Positions 26,063 to 36,248 of a DNA stretch of 55,016 nucleotides are shown here, in pieces; position 1 is the stretch's first letter, and each line of letters opens with the position of its first letter. The translations under genes were made by a program, and so were the position numbers. This DNA is from an uncultured Granulosicoccaceae bacterium (GTDB lineage: Bacteria; Pseudomonadota; Gammaproteobacteria; Granulosicoccales; Granulosicoccaceae). The notes under the pieces were generated by a model. It made no database searches. It saw only the letters and a program-made list of their open reading frames with translations, and was not told where the DNA came from. The stretch spans positions 1 to 55,016 of the forward strand of contig CALHRQ010000107.1 in assembly GCA_938038175.1 (NCBI GenBank). Reading direction: 5' to 3'.

Positions 26063-28720
26063 TTGAGCGACTATCCTGTGCATAACAATCTCTACATAAA
26101 ATCATGCCCGCGTTGTAAACAGTGGACTTGCAAGTGTGAAATCAAAGATAAAAATATCGATATTGAACTTAAAAATGAAATTCAAGAGCAAGTAAAACTG
26201 TGCGTTTCCCAACTCCAATATATAAGCGCAGAAGCTGCAGAAGGCATTGCTAAGTCCGTATTCACTTTATGTTTTGATGATTCTGTAACAAAAGAAATTA
26301 TTGGCGGTTATGTTGCTAAGTGTCTATTAGAATCTGGATTGCCAACTGCTCCACAAATAACAGAACAAATAAATAATGCGATAGCTGTAATTGATATTCC
26401 TGGCACTGAAGACATAAAGGATATTCTGCTCGAGTGTCAACGAACAGAAGAAGCTATCCGTATCTTGATATTGCAAGAACTTTCAAACCAACCAAACCAA
26501 GAAGTAATAGAGATATGGTCTAAAACCATAGCTGTAAATTGCTTTCAAGAACTCATTAAAGATTACTGCACTAAAGAAGAAATAAATGCATTAATTAGTA
26601 TTGCCTTTGAGTCTTTAAATGACTATTCAGAGCATGAAATTAGAGACTTTGCCTCAGAAGAGTCAAAAAAATGCATTGAGGCTTACCCGTTTTCCGATTT
26701 AATACTTCAGGCATTGGAAAACTCTGGTTTTCAAACCATACAGCAAATCAGGGATATATCCAAAGAAGAGGCTCAGAGCTGTATATCAGCTTTAGAAATC
26801 CCTACGAAGGAGTTGGTTGAGGCTTGGTCTAAGGCAGTTGCTTTAGCATGCTATCAACAGCTTACTCAAGATCTTTACCAACCAACGCAAGAAGAGCTCG
26901 CAGAGTTCATAAAAGCAACCACTTTCGATTGCCTTAAAGATCTTATTGGCCATGACTCTGTGCCAGATGGCAATACTAGAGTTTCTGGCGTTGGACTTAC
27001 TTGTGACTCCACAGGATTAGTGAGATTTCAAGTACTACAATCCGATAATACTGTGGAACAAGTTGAAGCAAACTTCAGCAAGTTTTTTGACTCATCTCAA
27101 AATCTAATTACAAGTTTTACGGGAATATGTGATTCAAACAATATATTGCATCTCTCTTTGGGGCAAAGCGAAGGTGTTGATTTTGACTTGCCCATTAATT
27201 TAAGCAAATTAGTTTCGGAAGTTGATAGTGGGCCTGACTTATCTTTCTGCTTTGACTATGGTGGGCAGGTATTTAGACCAGACACAGATGGAAAAGTAAC
27301 ATTTACTGATCATTTGAAGTGTGAGCTTTGGACTGGAGGCTTTGAGCATGTTACTTATGATCCACAGGCTCAATGTCGAGTCATCAAATGGAAAGGTCCA
27401 ACACAAGCGGATATCCAGAATATCGCAACAGAAGTATTCCAAGATCTGAACGGCGGAAGCTCAGATCTAACCTTAAATGATGTTAAGGATTGTATTCAGT
27501 CGGTCAATAACACTTTATGCATTACCGATCTATCAGTTGGAATAAATTCTAATACTGGTGAAGTTACGGTCTCTATCAGTGATCAATGCGGAACAAAATC
27601 AGATTCATTTTTTGTTCCCATGGATCCAACCGGAAACAATGGAATTACTCAAGAAGTCGCAAAGACGATAGCGCAAAACTGTATTAATCAAACAGTTAAA
27701 GGAATTGTACTGCAATGCATTGCAGATGAAGTTTCTGTTCCTTCAGAATCAGAAATAAACCAGATAGTTCAAACATATATACAAAATAACTTAACACAGT
27801 TCTGCAATTCGTCTTTGGGATTGAATTTTGATCCTGTTACAAGACAACTGACAGTAACAGTAACTGATCAGTGTGGACCTAAGTCAGACACTGTATTCAT
27901 TCCTGGTGTAGATGTTAATTCCGGTGTAACTAAAGCAGATGTGCAGGCCTGTATTGACGATCCCAGCAATAACGCTAGATTTTGCAATTCAAATGTAGAC
28001 ATAGCACTAGTAGGAACTCAATTACAATTTTCAGTCACTGATGATTGTGGTACACAGAGTGCAAACCAAGACTTATCCAGTCTGCAGCAGTCCTATTGCA
28101 TAACAGGCACTAGTGTTCAGCAAGTTGGGCAAATAGTTACAGTAACTCAGTTACAAGAGAATTGTCCAGACCCAATTCAGTTTAGCTTTACTGCGGGAGC
28201 CGGTTCCGGTTCTGTTGAATGCTGTAACACTTCAAACACGCTACAAGCGTCATTGAATCAAGTTAATAAAACAATTGACTTCGTTTCAACTATTATGCAA
28301 TCAGTGGGTGCGCCAGTTTCAGCATCTGCTAGCATACCAATTGCAGATTTAGCTAATCTAATTTTAGATATTGAGACAGCAACAGATACAGATGGCTGTT
28401 CAAGATATCAACAGATGAAACTTTGTGGGGTCGACTTCGGTGAACGAATCCCTGTCTATGAGCCTAAGCAGAGAGTATGTAAAAAGTTCTGCCCAGATAA
28501 TCTTACTGGTGAGCTAACCATTTCAACTGAGCACGAAATAGAAGTTCAATGGGAAGAAGGACAGAGTGAAGTCATTCCTGCTGGCGGTACAAGTATTTAT
28601 AATTACAATGAACCTTATAGTGATGCAATAAGAATATGCTTCACTAATGTATGCTTGAGTGACGATGAGACGCTTTACGCATCCTTGACAATGACGCCGC
28701 AATTACCGGTCTGCTGCTAA
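26063..28720 (+). CDS. large Cys-rich fibre-like protein with internal repeats
   Basis: GGAG RBS plus TTG; WSK-x-(I/V)A-x-x-C helical repeats and three D(Q/D)CG-x-x-S repeats; ends PVCC. Confidence 0.75.
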   Translation: MSDYPVHNNLYIKSCPRCKQWTCKCEIKDKNIDIELKNEIQEQVKLCVSQLQYISAEAAEGIAKSVFTLCFDDSVTKEIIGGYVAKCLLESGLPTAPQITEQINNAIAVIDIPGTEDIKDILLECQRTEEAIRILILQELSNQPNQEVIEIWSKTIAVNCFQELIKDYCTKEEINALISIAFESLNDYSEHEIRDFASEESKKCIEAYPFSDLILQALENSGFQTIQQIRDISKEEAQSCISALEIPTKELVEAWSKAVALACYQQLTQDLYQPTQEELAEFIKATTFDCLKDLIGHDSVPDGNTRVSGVGLTCDSTGLVRFQVLQSDNTVEQVEANFSKFFDSSQNLITSFTGICDSNNILHLSLGQSEGVDFDLPINLSKLVSEVDSGPDLSFCFDYGGQVFRPDTDGKVTFTDHLKCELWTGGFEHVTYDPQAQCRVIKWKGPTQADIQNIATEVFQDLNGGSSDLTLNDVKDCIQSVNNTLCITDLSVGINSNTGEVTVSISDQCGTKSDSFFVPMDPTGNNGITQEVAKTIAQNCINQTVKGIVLQCIADEVSVPSESEINQIVQTYIQNNLTQFCNSSLGLNFDPVTRQLTVTVTDQCGPKSDTVFIPGVDVNSGVTKADVQACIDDPSNNARFCNSNVDIALVGTQLQFSVTDDCGTQSANQDLSSLQQSYCITGTSVQQVGQIVTVTQLQENCPDPIQFSFTAGAGSGSVECCNTSNTLQASLNQVNKTIDFVSTIMQSVGAPVSASASIPIADLANLILDIETATDTDGCSRYQQMKLCGVDFGERIPVYEPKQRVCKKFCPDNLTGELTISTEHEIEVQWEEGQSEVIPAGGTSIYNYNEPYSDAIRICFTNVCLSDDETLYASLTMTPQLPVCC

Positions 28721-28734
28721 ACGGAGAAATCGTC

Positions 28735-30018
28735 TTGACATTCAAATTTACAGAGAATGAAGAGCTGCCATCAGTTAAAACTCAAGGCAGTAAAGCAGAC
28801 GCGTCTGATTTTAATGAAAAGCCCAAAAAGCTATGGGATAGAGCGCAAGACTCCACGAAAACGTGCTTAGAAAAGATATACAAATTTTTGACATGCACAC
28901 CAATTTCCATGGGAGTCAAGATCGCTGACGGTCCAATGTGTGGAGTTGAGCTTTTCTATCAGCCTTCTACTAGCGACTGTGTGTATTGGGATTTAGAGGC
29001 CAAGTGCTGGAAAGTATACGAAGGTGAAGTTGAGAACTGCGTAGAAGCTGACGTTGAAGAATGTTGCTCCGACGCAAAACCAGAACGATTTTGTATATCA
29101 GCACAGAATCTATCAGGTAATGGCAACGTAGCGTCTACTTATACGGTTGTAATCGGCGATACTGAATCTGCTCTTGGTGCAGACTTCACTCCCGAAGATA
29201 TTGTGACTGCTATTGGTAACGGCGCATACCTGGATGCCGACACTAACCAGATATGCAGTATTAATCCTATCCAGTTTTCATACGAGGGTGTGGCAGCTAT
29301 AGGTGAAGCGCCTGACATTGTACTCTCACCTTTTAAGGTTGCGTATGCAGGTCTGCAATACCCTGCAGAACCAGCTGTGTGCAAGAAATTTTCACGAGTC
29401 TACACAAAGCGCGAGGATGCGATATTAGACGCTATCGTGGAAGGTAATTCTGCTGTAGTTGATGCTATTAATTGTCAGCCACAACCTACAGGATGGTATA
29501 TTTCAGAGGGGGCGCTTTGTGGCCTTCCGTTATTTTATTTACCCAAACAGAAGGCCAAGGTCTTCTACAACTGCGACACTAACACTTACGAGGAACCGCC
29601 AATGGGCATCCAAACAACACCTTATAAACCAACTACTGACAAGACTTGTGCTGAAGCCCAGTTTGCTGCTTATGAGCTAACTCCTGGCGCTACTGATGTC
29701 GGAACGATTGTCGCCGATATACTTGCAGCCAACCCGCAAGTGTTCACGGTTAACGGATCTGAAGTCCCTGTAACTGCAGAAGACATTGATTTCATTAAGA
29801 TCACGCCCAAAGCTTGTGGAACGCAAACAAGCGCCGGTGAAGAAGTCACCCTTGACTTTGTGAACATAAACGGAAGTGCTGCAGAAAACTTTGTCGATTT
29901 GTCTGACGGTGGCGTCGCAGCGACAACGCAAGTTGAAGTGCCTGCCGGTGGTTGTGCATTAGTTGATGTTTGCTTCAAGAAGTGCTGGAGCAAAGAAGAA
30001 CTTGCTGAGCTGGGCTAA
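28735..30018 (+). CDS. Cys-rich acidic putative virion protein
   Basis: GGAG RBS plus TTG; internal repeat GPMCGVELFYQP / GALCGLPLFYLP. Confidence 0.75.
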   Translation: MTFKFTENEELPSVKTQGSKADASDFNEKPKKLWDRAQDSTKTCLEKIYKFLTCTPISMGVKIADGPMCGVELFYQPSTSDCVYWDLEAKCWKVYEGEVENCVEADVEECCSDAKPERFCISAQNLSGNGNVASTYTVVIGDTESALGADFTPEDIVTAIGNGAYLDADTNQICSINPIQFSYEGVAAIGEAPDIVLSPFKVAYAGLQYPAEPAVCKKFSRVYTKREDAILDAIVEGNSAVVDAINCQPQPTGWYISEGALCGLPLFYLPKQKAKVFYNCDTNTYEEPPMGIQTTPYKPTTDKTCAEAQFAAYELTPGATDVGTIVADILAANPQVFTVNGSEVPVTAEDIDFIKITPKACGTQTSAGEEVTLDFVNINGSAAENFVDLSDGGVAATTQVEVPAGGCALVDVCFKKCWSKEELAELG

Positions 30019-30064
30019 GTAATTACATTACTACAACCTGATCGATATTAAATAGGAATAAAGC

Positions 30065-32548
30065 ATGGGCACTGAGACAACGCCATACAATCCAGCAGTT
30101 GCCCAAAAGCTGGGCGCAGAATGTGAAAAACTGCGCCTGGTTTACTGGCTTTACAACAATGATGATAATGGTTGTGGCCCACTTCAAGGCATGCCAATCA
30201 CTCGCTTTGGTGATTGGACGCTGGATGAGTTTTACTGTGATGGAAAAAATATCCTCGCTAATCCAGTACCAATATCATATTCAAATTTCAACGATAACTT
30301 CAACGAATGGGCAGGCGCACTTAATCCTGTAAGTGCAAATAATTGGGACTGGGTAAATGCAGGAAGACCATGCTTTAGAGTTATGGCAACTATCACCTGT
30401 GACGATACTGTCTACGGCGACTTTCTACTAACACCTGTTAATGTCAACCCTCGATTTGATGGTATTCAGGTTCTCATTCAGCCTGATGTCATTATTGGGC
30501 CGGAAGTTGAAGTTCTTGTTTGTCGTAAGATAAATAAATCTGGACAAACAGAAAAGACATTTTTCGATAAAGCTGGCGACGCAATCGAAAGCCTTACATC
30601 GTATTATGCTCAGGCTGCTTCGCATATTGTGGTATCTGATACTGGCTCATTCCCTTTCACAGAATCGAATATTGCCAAGTTCTACAGTGAAGAAGATCTT
30701 TGTAATTGCTTAAAAGTTTGCAGTGATGAGTACGATGAAATAGATGACACGCCGCCGTGTATTGTAGAGTTTCAGGAAGGGGGTTGTATCTATGCCAAAA
30801 ATGAGGATGGAGAATTTATTCTTCCAGATGGCTCTACTTCTGAGACACCGGCTGCTTTTGCAGAAAATGTAAGTCAAAGTGTACTTTTCGATGATCAGGG
30901 CAGTATTAAAGCTCGAACAGTCGTTGAAGGGCAGTTCCAAGAAAATGAGGACGATAATGTAGAGCTCTATTCAAGCTATGAGCCGGAAGCGTCAACACTT
31001 CCTGATGGATGGTATTACGATCAGACCTGTACAGGTGTAGAACCCGCTCCTCCAGAGCCACCAGCTTGTCCAGAAGGTACTAAACTCGATATAGGCTTCC
31101 TTTGTAAGCATGGTGCTTTTGCAGATAACAGCCGCTGGGTAGGAGCTCCTCTGGTCAATATGCCCAATGGCCCTATCCATACCATTGAAGCGCTCTGTGA
31201 TAATGGCAGCACTCTTCAGGCGACTGGAACCAGCTGGTGGGCTATACGGGATGTTTTCAACGCTGCAGGATATGAAACTAATGTAGCTTGCGCGAATTGG
31301 GCAGGTTGCCCACCTTCAGGCTGGCCAGCCTGGATGCCAGATCCGGATATAGAAACCTTGTTTGCACGTGGCTGGTTTGGGGTCGGTTGTAAAAAGAAAA
31401 TCACTAAGCTCACTATCGTCGAACATGAAGATCCAGCTTGGGTTGGCGTTTATAAAGACATTGTTAACGTAGATGCTCCTCCAGAAACCATCTTCTGGGC
31501 AAATATTTGTGGTTCAGTTTATGCAGAAAATTGCAATGGTGAACCTATTTTTGTAGAAAAATGCTGCATAAAAAATCAGGTGCAGCAATCGGGGTTACTT
31601 GATGATTTTAAGATAACAAAAGCCGCGACGACTACAACGGTCACTTACACCAATAGTGATGAAGCCACAGAGATGACTGTTTCTGTTGGAAGTGAAGGGG
31701 ATATTAAAATATCGTCCGGGCAGGGTGATGATAGTGACCAAGCAATAACATCCTACATTGAAGCCTGCCTATCGGCTGGCAATGATGTCAATTTCAGTGC
31801 TACAGGCGTCGATGGAAGCACAGCGACCGCGACACTCTTACACTCCGCAGAGACAAACCCTTTTCCTGGCTTCTACAATGACTCAACAGACGCTATAGCG
31901 ACTGGTGAGCAGGTGTTTAAAGTCACTTCGATGACTGCCAGCTGCGAAGATGGTGCTTTGCTTTGTGCACTATTGACACAAGGGTGCAATGACGATCGCC
32001 GTGATGATTGTCTTGAAGAGATTAAGTCATTACTCCAATGCCCTGGCGAGAATTGCCCAGCCATCAATCAGAGCTCGATTTCATTGGTTGATGATGGCTC
32101 CTCTGTTTCTTATCCATTAACGGCAGAGAACGAATTCAAAGACCACAATATCGTTGTTACTTTGACTGATCCTAGTGGTTGTTTAGCCTCTAATCCTGAT
32201 GCTGAGATTAGCGTTCGATACTTGGTTGATCATGAAGCTGGGCCTTATGATGCCCATCGACTTTATATTCTCATTGCGAGCGCAGGCACTTTTACAGCGC
32301 AATCTGCTAGTAACTCTGGCGGTACAGTCGGTGCGGGTAATATTCAGATAGGCTACAACGCGGGTGACGGTGTTGCCCAGGTTAGAAATGATCGATGGGT
32401 CAAACTTACTGCAACGGCAGCTGAATGGCTCAATGGAATCACTTTCACGACCGGTTTTTTTGGTGGTGTGGGCGGTGCGTATGAGACTATTCATTCCTTA
32501 GAATTTGAGATTTGCGAAGGTCTGACGGAGATATGCGATGGCTGTTAA
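30065..32548 (+). CDS. large Cys-rich acidic multidomain putative virion protein
   Basis: AGGA RBS; 827 aa; ends ICDGC. Confidence 0.75.
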   Translation: MGTETTPYNPAVAQKLGAECEKLRLVYWLYNNDDNGCGPLQGMPITRFGDWTLDEFYCDGKNILANPVPISYSNFNDNFNEWAGALNPVSANNWDWVNAGRPCFRVMATITCDDTVYGDFLLTPVNVNPRFDGIQVLIQPDVIIGPEVEVLVCRKINKSGQTEKTFFDKAGDAIESLTSYYAQAASHIVVSDTGSFPFTESNIAKFYSEEDLCNCLKVCSDEYDEIDDTPPCIVEFQEGGCIYAKNEDGEFILPDGSTSETPAAFAENVSQSVLFDDQGSIKARTVVEGQFQENEDDNVELYSSYEPEASTLPDGWYYDQTCTGVEPAPPEPPACPEGTKLDIGFLCKHGAFADNSRWVGAPLVNMPNGPIHTIEALCDNGSTLQATGTSWWAIRDVFNAAGYETNVACANWAGCPPSGWPAWMPDPDIETLFARGWFGVGCKKKITKLTIVEHEDPAWVGVYKDIVNVDAPPETIFWANICGSVYAENCNGEPIFVEKCCIKNQVQQSGLLDDFKITKAATTTTVTYTNSDEATEMTVSVGSEGDIKISSGQGDDSDQAITSYIEACLSAGNDVNFSATGVDGSTATATLLHSAETNPFPGFYNDSTDAIATGEQVFKVTSMTASCEDGALLCALLTQGCNDDRRDDCLEEIKSLLQCPGENCPAINQSSISLVDDGSSVSYPLTAENEFKDHNIVVTLTDPSGCLASNPDAEISVRYLVDHEAGPYDAHRLYILIASAGTFTAQSASNSGGTVGAGNIQIGYNAGDGVAQVRNDRWVKLTATAAEWLNGITFTTGFFGGVGGAYETIHSLEFEICEGLTEICDGC

Positions 32549-32696
32549 AACAACTGAAGAAGAACGTCAGGCGATTGTAGGTGAAGAAATAAGTCAGGCT
32601 GAATTTGATAAGCGAATTGCTCAAATAGAAAAATCAGCTGAGAGCGCCCGGTTTTGGTTCATGGCCTCGCGAAAACAGGCCACAGCAGAAAAATGA
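32538..32696 (+). CDS. 52-aa small protein (not in ORF track)
   Basis: GGAG RBS; MAVKTTEEERQAIVG...; stop overlaps ATG 32693. Confidence 0.65.
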   Translation: MAVKTTEEERQAIVGEEISQAEFDKRIAQIEKSAESARFWFMASRKQATAEK

Positions 32697-33820
32697 GTAT
32701 CGCAAAGGCCATAAAGTTCTTCTGTAATGGCGAGGATGTAAAGCAACAGCAAAAGATTGATCAGCTGTGCGCTTTAGTCAACGCGCAACAGGAAAAACTT
32801 AATTCTATAACCAAGACGGTATGGAAGTTCACTTACCCAGAGCCAGGGGTCAACTTCGCAGTGTGGTCAGGAGAGCAAGATGCTCCACATGGGCCTATCG
32901 TAGATATCTTCAACCAGCCTGGTGGCCCTTTTGGTGTTGGTGATCATATCAACGGTTCACCGACGCATGTTGGCGTTACTCCAGACTTCAACTTGAACGA
33001 TATCGAGCTTATTGGAAACCCAGAAGCGCAAGCCAAACAGCAGTGGGCAGTATGGGGATATAAAGAAATACCAGAAGATGGTTTTATCAGGGATAACAAT
33101 GCAAATACGGGTGAAACAGCAGAGCTCTATTGCGGTATCTCTGATGGTTGCTGTAATTCTCAAATGGAGCTGCTATCGGAGCAGGTGACCAACACCAGTG
33201 CCGCTGATCGTACTGTTCTTGACCCAACGCCGGTCAAAGCCGGTATATACCCGGCTGTCCTGCTGATGTCAGACTTGTCTTTCTATGGTGGCTTGGATCT
33301 CGAGTTCTCTACTGATGGAGAGTCGTGGTCAAATTTAACTGGAGGCTACCCCAGTGCGCCCATGTGGGTAGCACGTCAAGAACCGTGTGATTACGTATTA
33401 GAGGAAGGTGAATCACTGAATGGTCCTTCACCATGTTGCCCATCTGCGAACTATTTCCCGGTTGTCGGAGAAGAAGGAGGACCGGCAGAGTTTGAACCAC
33501 TCTATCCGGAAGCAGGTAGAAAATTAGCGAATGACAATTTCCAGGATGGCAACGGAAATGCACCATTTAATTTCCAAGTTCGAAATCAAACAAATACAAA
33601 TGTTAACTGGCAGGCCTGTACACCGCCTGTGCCATACGCAACTATTCCAGCATTGAACACGCAAGGAGCTAACTACACGGTAGTGAATAACGGCGATGGG
33701 ACATATTTACACTGCTTTGATGGAACATTAGGGCCGTTTGCAAGCATAATCATTACTGGCGCTGTTCCCAATCCGCCAGGTGTGGGTGGAACGATCTCAA
33801 TGTATTGTGAAACTGCATAG
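32693..33820 (+). CDS. putative carbohydrate-binding virion protein (PA14-like plus CBM-like domains)
   Basis: WAVWGYKEIPEDG...VKAGIYPAVLLMSD...GGLDLEFS resembles PA14; C-terminal beta domain. Confidence 0.5.
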   Translation: MSIAKAIKFFCNGEDVKQQQKIDQLCALVNAQQEKLNSITKTVWKFTYPEPGVNFAVWSGEQDAPHGPIVDIFNQPGGPFGVGDHINGSPTHVGVTPDFNLNDIELIGNPEAQAKQQWAVWGYKEIPEDGFIRDNNANTGETAELYCGISDGCCNSQMELLSEQVTNTSAADRTVLDPTPVKAGIYPAVLLMSDLSFYGGLDLEFSTDGESWSNLTGGYPSAPMWVARQEPCDYVLEEGESLNGPSPCCPSANYFPVVGEEGGPAEFEPLYPEAGRKLANDNFQDGNGNAPFNFQVRNQTNTNVNWQACTPPVPYATIPALNTQGANYTVVNNGDGTYLHCFDGTLGPFASIIITGAVPNPPGVGGTISMYCETA

Positions 33821-33893
33821 TATTTATCCATAAAACGCTGACAGTCTGTAGAGGCAGCAAAATATGATAAAAGCCGGAAACCATAGAATCACC

Positions 33894-34169
33894 ATGATCG
33901 AGTGGATAAACGACCATATTGAAAGCGTTATCGCAAGCATATTGGCGTTTTTTGCTGGAGTTCTTGGAACGGGAAAACTATTTTTCGGTCTCAAGAGAGA
34001 TATGGGCGATATGAAAAATGACATGGGCGATCTTAAGGATGAACAGGCGCAGTTACGATCTGAGGTTGAACAAATGAAGCGTGATGCTGCAGAGGCCAAA
34101 GGTCAGCGAGAACAGTTAATTCAAAATACGCGTCTTATATTGAAAAAAATAGTGGGTGAAAGAGAATGA
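33894..34169 (+). CDS. small membrane/coiled-coil protein (holin-like candidate)
   Basis: One hydrophobic helix SVIASILAFFAGVLG followed by heptad repeats. Confidence 0.55.
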   Translation: MIEWINDHIESVIASILAFFAGVLGTGKLFFGLKRDMGDMKNDMGDLKDEQAQLRSEVEQMKRDAAEAKGQREQLIQNTRLILKKIVGERE

Positions 34170-34516
34170 ATTTCCAACATGATCCGGATGAGTTTAAACG
34201 TTTCAAGAAAATTGTAGAGGCCGCTGTAGGTGCAGGCATGCACGCGCATGAGGTTGGACCGCATTTATTTGTCGGAACGGGTGCTCATCAGTTTCTAAAT
34301 GCTTTAACTGGCTATGATCATCCGTATCAAAGCGCAGCGGCTGTGGGCGCGCAAATACACAATTACATCAAAAACCCCAGAATGCTTGAGCAGTTTAAAA
34401 CCAATGTTGCTGAGGCCAGCAAACGGTCAACTCAGGTAAGACGCGCGGCCTCGGTGCCGGTTCAGCGTAGTGCTTCAGGTACCGCCAATGACTTATTGAA
34501 AAGATCAAAGCAATGA
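34166..34516 (+). CDS. His-rich hypothetical protein
   Basis: ATGA coupling on both sides. Confidence 0.7.
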   Translation: MNFQHDPDEFKRFKKIVEAAVGAGMHAHEVGPHLFVGTGAHQFLNALTGYDHPYQSAAAVGAQIHNYIKNPRMLEQFKTNVAEASKRSTQVRRAASVPVQRSASGTANDLLKRSKQ

Positions 34517-35307
34517 TGCCATCTAGCGCGCGCTGCAAGGGCTATAACGGTCTTTTGGCCATCCCTATGGAAGCGCCACCAAATACTAAGAATGAGCTCC
34601 ACAGCCCAACTAAAGGCGTCCAGAATGGAGTGCCAGAGCCGATATATCCTGGTGATCCCGGATTTCCCGCAGTCATAGAAGAGGTTAAGCAGGTCAGAGC
34701 TATGGTCGAGCTGGGAATCTGGCCGACTGAAACGCTCAAGCAGGGCAATCCATCAGGCCTGAGTGGCGAAGTGCCATTTCTTCTGCGCAATACCTCTATC
34801 TATAACGATGGTGCCGGCGATCCTAAAGCGGCAGCGACATATGTCGCTATGGATAATCCGCCTGACCTTGGATTGCTTGTGTTTCGAGAACTGGTTCGTT
34901 TGGGCGTGCCGTTTAAGAAAAAGTACAATCACTTTCCTTTTCATGAAGAGATCACAGGTTTTCAGGAAAGGCTCATCGTTCGAATCCGTAAAGCCCATGC
35001 GCTGGGATGGCAAGTCAAATGCTATTACGGTCTAGAGCGGCCTGAAACGGTTCTGGAACTGCCCGGATGCGTTTTCTGCTGCAATGATGAGGGTGCGCCT
35101 AACCATTTCAGTTTTGTTGCAAACCATGCCACTGGCTACGGAGCAACTTACCAAGAAATTCTTGATACTTTCAATTTTCAAGGTCTTTTGGATCGTCAGA
35201 TGCAAGTACTTGATGTGTTATGGCAAGGGGCGATGTATAGAATGCTGCTTGGCGTTCACTACAGACAAGACAATGAAGAAGGTTTCAAACTGGGCCAAAC
35301 GGTCTAA
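34513..35307 (+). CDS. vanadium-dependent haloperoxidase / PAP2 superfamily protein
   Basis: KCYYGLERP (Kx6RP), PNHFSFVANH (variant of PxHPSYPSGH), RMLLGVHYRQD (Rx5Hx3D). Confidence 0.8.
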   Translation: MMPSSARCKGYNGLLAIPMEAPPNTKNELHSPTKGVQNGVPEPIYPGDPGFPAVIEEVKQVRAMVELGIWPTETLKQGNPSGLSGEVPFLLRNTSIYNDGAGDPKAAATYVAMDNPPDLGLLVFRELVRLGVPFKKKYNHFPFHEEITGFQERLIVRIRKAHALGWQVKCYYGLERPETVLELPGCVFCCNDEGAPNHFSFVANHATGYGATYQEILDTFNFQGLLDRQMQVLDVLWQGAMYRMLLGVHYRQDNEEGFKLGQTV

Positions 35308-35343
35308 CCAGGCTGGCCTGAACTTCAGCCCTAGTTGATTTCC

Positions 35344-35742
35344 ATGAGTGGGTCATACTACCTGAAGGGCGGGCCACATTTAATACAGCCGGATCCGCCA
35401 ACGGCCACGATCCGGCCACGACTGCCATGCTCGATAGATGAGTTTGACGAATGCGATCGCGAGTTTGCAGAACAGGAGGGTGACTGGGCCACGATATCCT
35501 ACAAGCGGATCCGGGTCTGCGGGTTCTTACGAGACAATAACGTAACTAAGGCCGCCTACTCTGGAGGTGCTTCGGTTCCAGCTCAGAGCTTGCGCTTCTT
35601 TTTCAAGCTATCTGATATTCCAAATATTCGTTGTGATATGCCATTCTGGCTAAAAGATTGCCGCTATCTGGTAGGGTCTGATCCCCTGCCCTGGAACGGG
35701 TGGCATTATGTAACGTTGAAAGACTGTGGAGAGTGCGCCTAA
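35344..35742 (+). CDS. putative head-tail connector/closure protein, Cys-rich
   Basis: Size and position at start of tail operon. Confidence 0.55.
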   Translation: MSGSYYLKGGPHLIQPDPPTATIRPRLPCSIDEFDECDREFAEQEGDWATISYKRIRVCGFLRDNNVTKAAYSGGASVPAQSLRFFFKLSDIPNIRCDMPFWLKDCRYLVGSDPLPWNGWHYVTLKDCGECA

Positions 35743-36248
35743 TGAGCGGATTGCTAAAATTTTCATACCGCGTCGGCAATGCTGACCATGAAACAAAGTT
35801 ACAAGAAGCGGAGATCCAAAGACAACTGGCAGAGAAAGAATCGCTAATGTACCGGCGTGCATTCCTTTCAGAGAAACAAAAAAACAAGCCTCCGACGCCG
35901 CTCCCATACAATGAATACTGCGAAAAGATGGCAGAGCTCAAACGCGTTGTCAAAGCGTTTGAAAAACAAGAGTGTGACGTCAGTTCTCAGATTGTCGGCA
36001 ATGCCTTCTGCAAAGACTTCGGTGGCTATGAAGAGTATGAGATGGCAAAAAAAATCATCCGTCTCAAACGTATCGTCTCCGAGTACAACCTATTACAATG
36101 CGAGCTTATCCAGAAGGGTTGTGATGTCAGTAGTGCGCCTGCTCAGATAAACGCGTGCTGCGATGCATTAATGCAAGCAGCAGAAGGAAAAGACGTGTCA
36201 ATGGATACGTATGTCGTTCTGAATCAATGCTATCCAGTTCAGTGCTAA
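35742..36248 (+). CDS. helical Cys-rich putative neck protein
   Basis: TAATG coupling; ends YPVQC. Confidence 0.6.
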   Translation: MSGLLKFSYRVGNADHETKLQEAEIQRQLAEKESLMYRRAFLSEKQKNKPPTPLPYNEYCEKMAELKRVVKAFEKQECDVSSQIVGNAFCKDFGGYEEYEMAKKIIRLKRIVSEYNLLQCELIQKGCDVSSAPAQINACCDALMQAAEGKDVSMDTYVVLNQCYPVQC

